From assembly GCA_030390025.1 (NCBI GenBank), contig CM059431.1, positions 97,590,001 through 97,654,000 of the forward strand: a stretch of 64,000 bases of DNA, given 5' to 3'. Of the stretch, positions 63,638-64,000 are shown in pieces (within the stretch, counting starts at the first letter, position 1; each line of letters opens with the position of its first letter). The translations under genes and the position numbers were made by a program. The notes beneath the pieces are model-generated. The model saw only the letters and a list, made by a program, of their open reading frames with translations. It did not search any database and was not told the DNA's origin. The stretch is from Squalus acanthias (taxonomy: Eukaryota).

Positions 63638-64000
63638 GCCCATAGATGCTTAGGAATTGGCTTGGACTTTTGGATCCAGGAGAGAACGCTGAAGGATGTG
63701 GATGGCTTCTTCAGGATGGAAACTGCCAGACTTTCTTGATGAAAGGGATGAATGAACATCTGTTCAAGTTATTTGGATGTAGCCATGGGCAAGTTCAAAT
63801 CTCAAGAGACTGGAACAAGGAGGAAAACCTGGGGCATCAGTTGAAGTCTTCCACCCGAGCCGTTGTAATGCGGTAAATGTTTTCTCCAGGTACTAGTGCT
63901 CTCTCTGTTCAGTGAGGATAGCCTTAAGTCCATGCAATGCATCTTAATAGGATTCCTCCAGAGGTGCACAGATCTACAGAGACAAGTCACCTTGGCCAGG

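Overview
Eukaryotic (vertebrate) genomic DNA. The repeat content (CR1 and L2 LINEs, DeuSINE-type SINEs, Penelope-type remnants) suggests a cartilaginous fish; that is an inference. Two host genes lie in divergent orientation, as in mammals. ARHGEF7 (beta-PIX) is on the minus strand: three late exons are visible, including the 59-codon insert exon with its read-through RKSCCSYISHQN terminus. ANKRD10 is on the plus strand: a CpG-island first exon plus exons 2 and 3. A 500-N assembly gap lies between them, and no 5' ARHGEF7 exons are recognisable. Most of the rest is decayed retroelements, MITEs, minisatellites, a 2-kb (TC/TG)n tract and a tRNA-Leu(AAG) pseudogene. The most unusual structure is a ~7.4-kb CR1 that inserted into the satellite abutting the ANKRD10 promoter. 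Its 5' region holds ~157 tandem 17-bp units, most with a consensus 5' splice donor on the element's sense strand. Other candidates are a hammerhead-bearing Penelope fragment with a clean TSD, a cluster of foldback elements in ANKRD10 intron 1, and a possible stop-containing exon in intron 3. No new protein-coding system is supported. All homology calls are from memory, not database searches, and repeat boundaries are approximate unless a junction is described.
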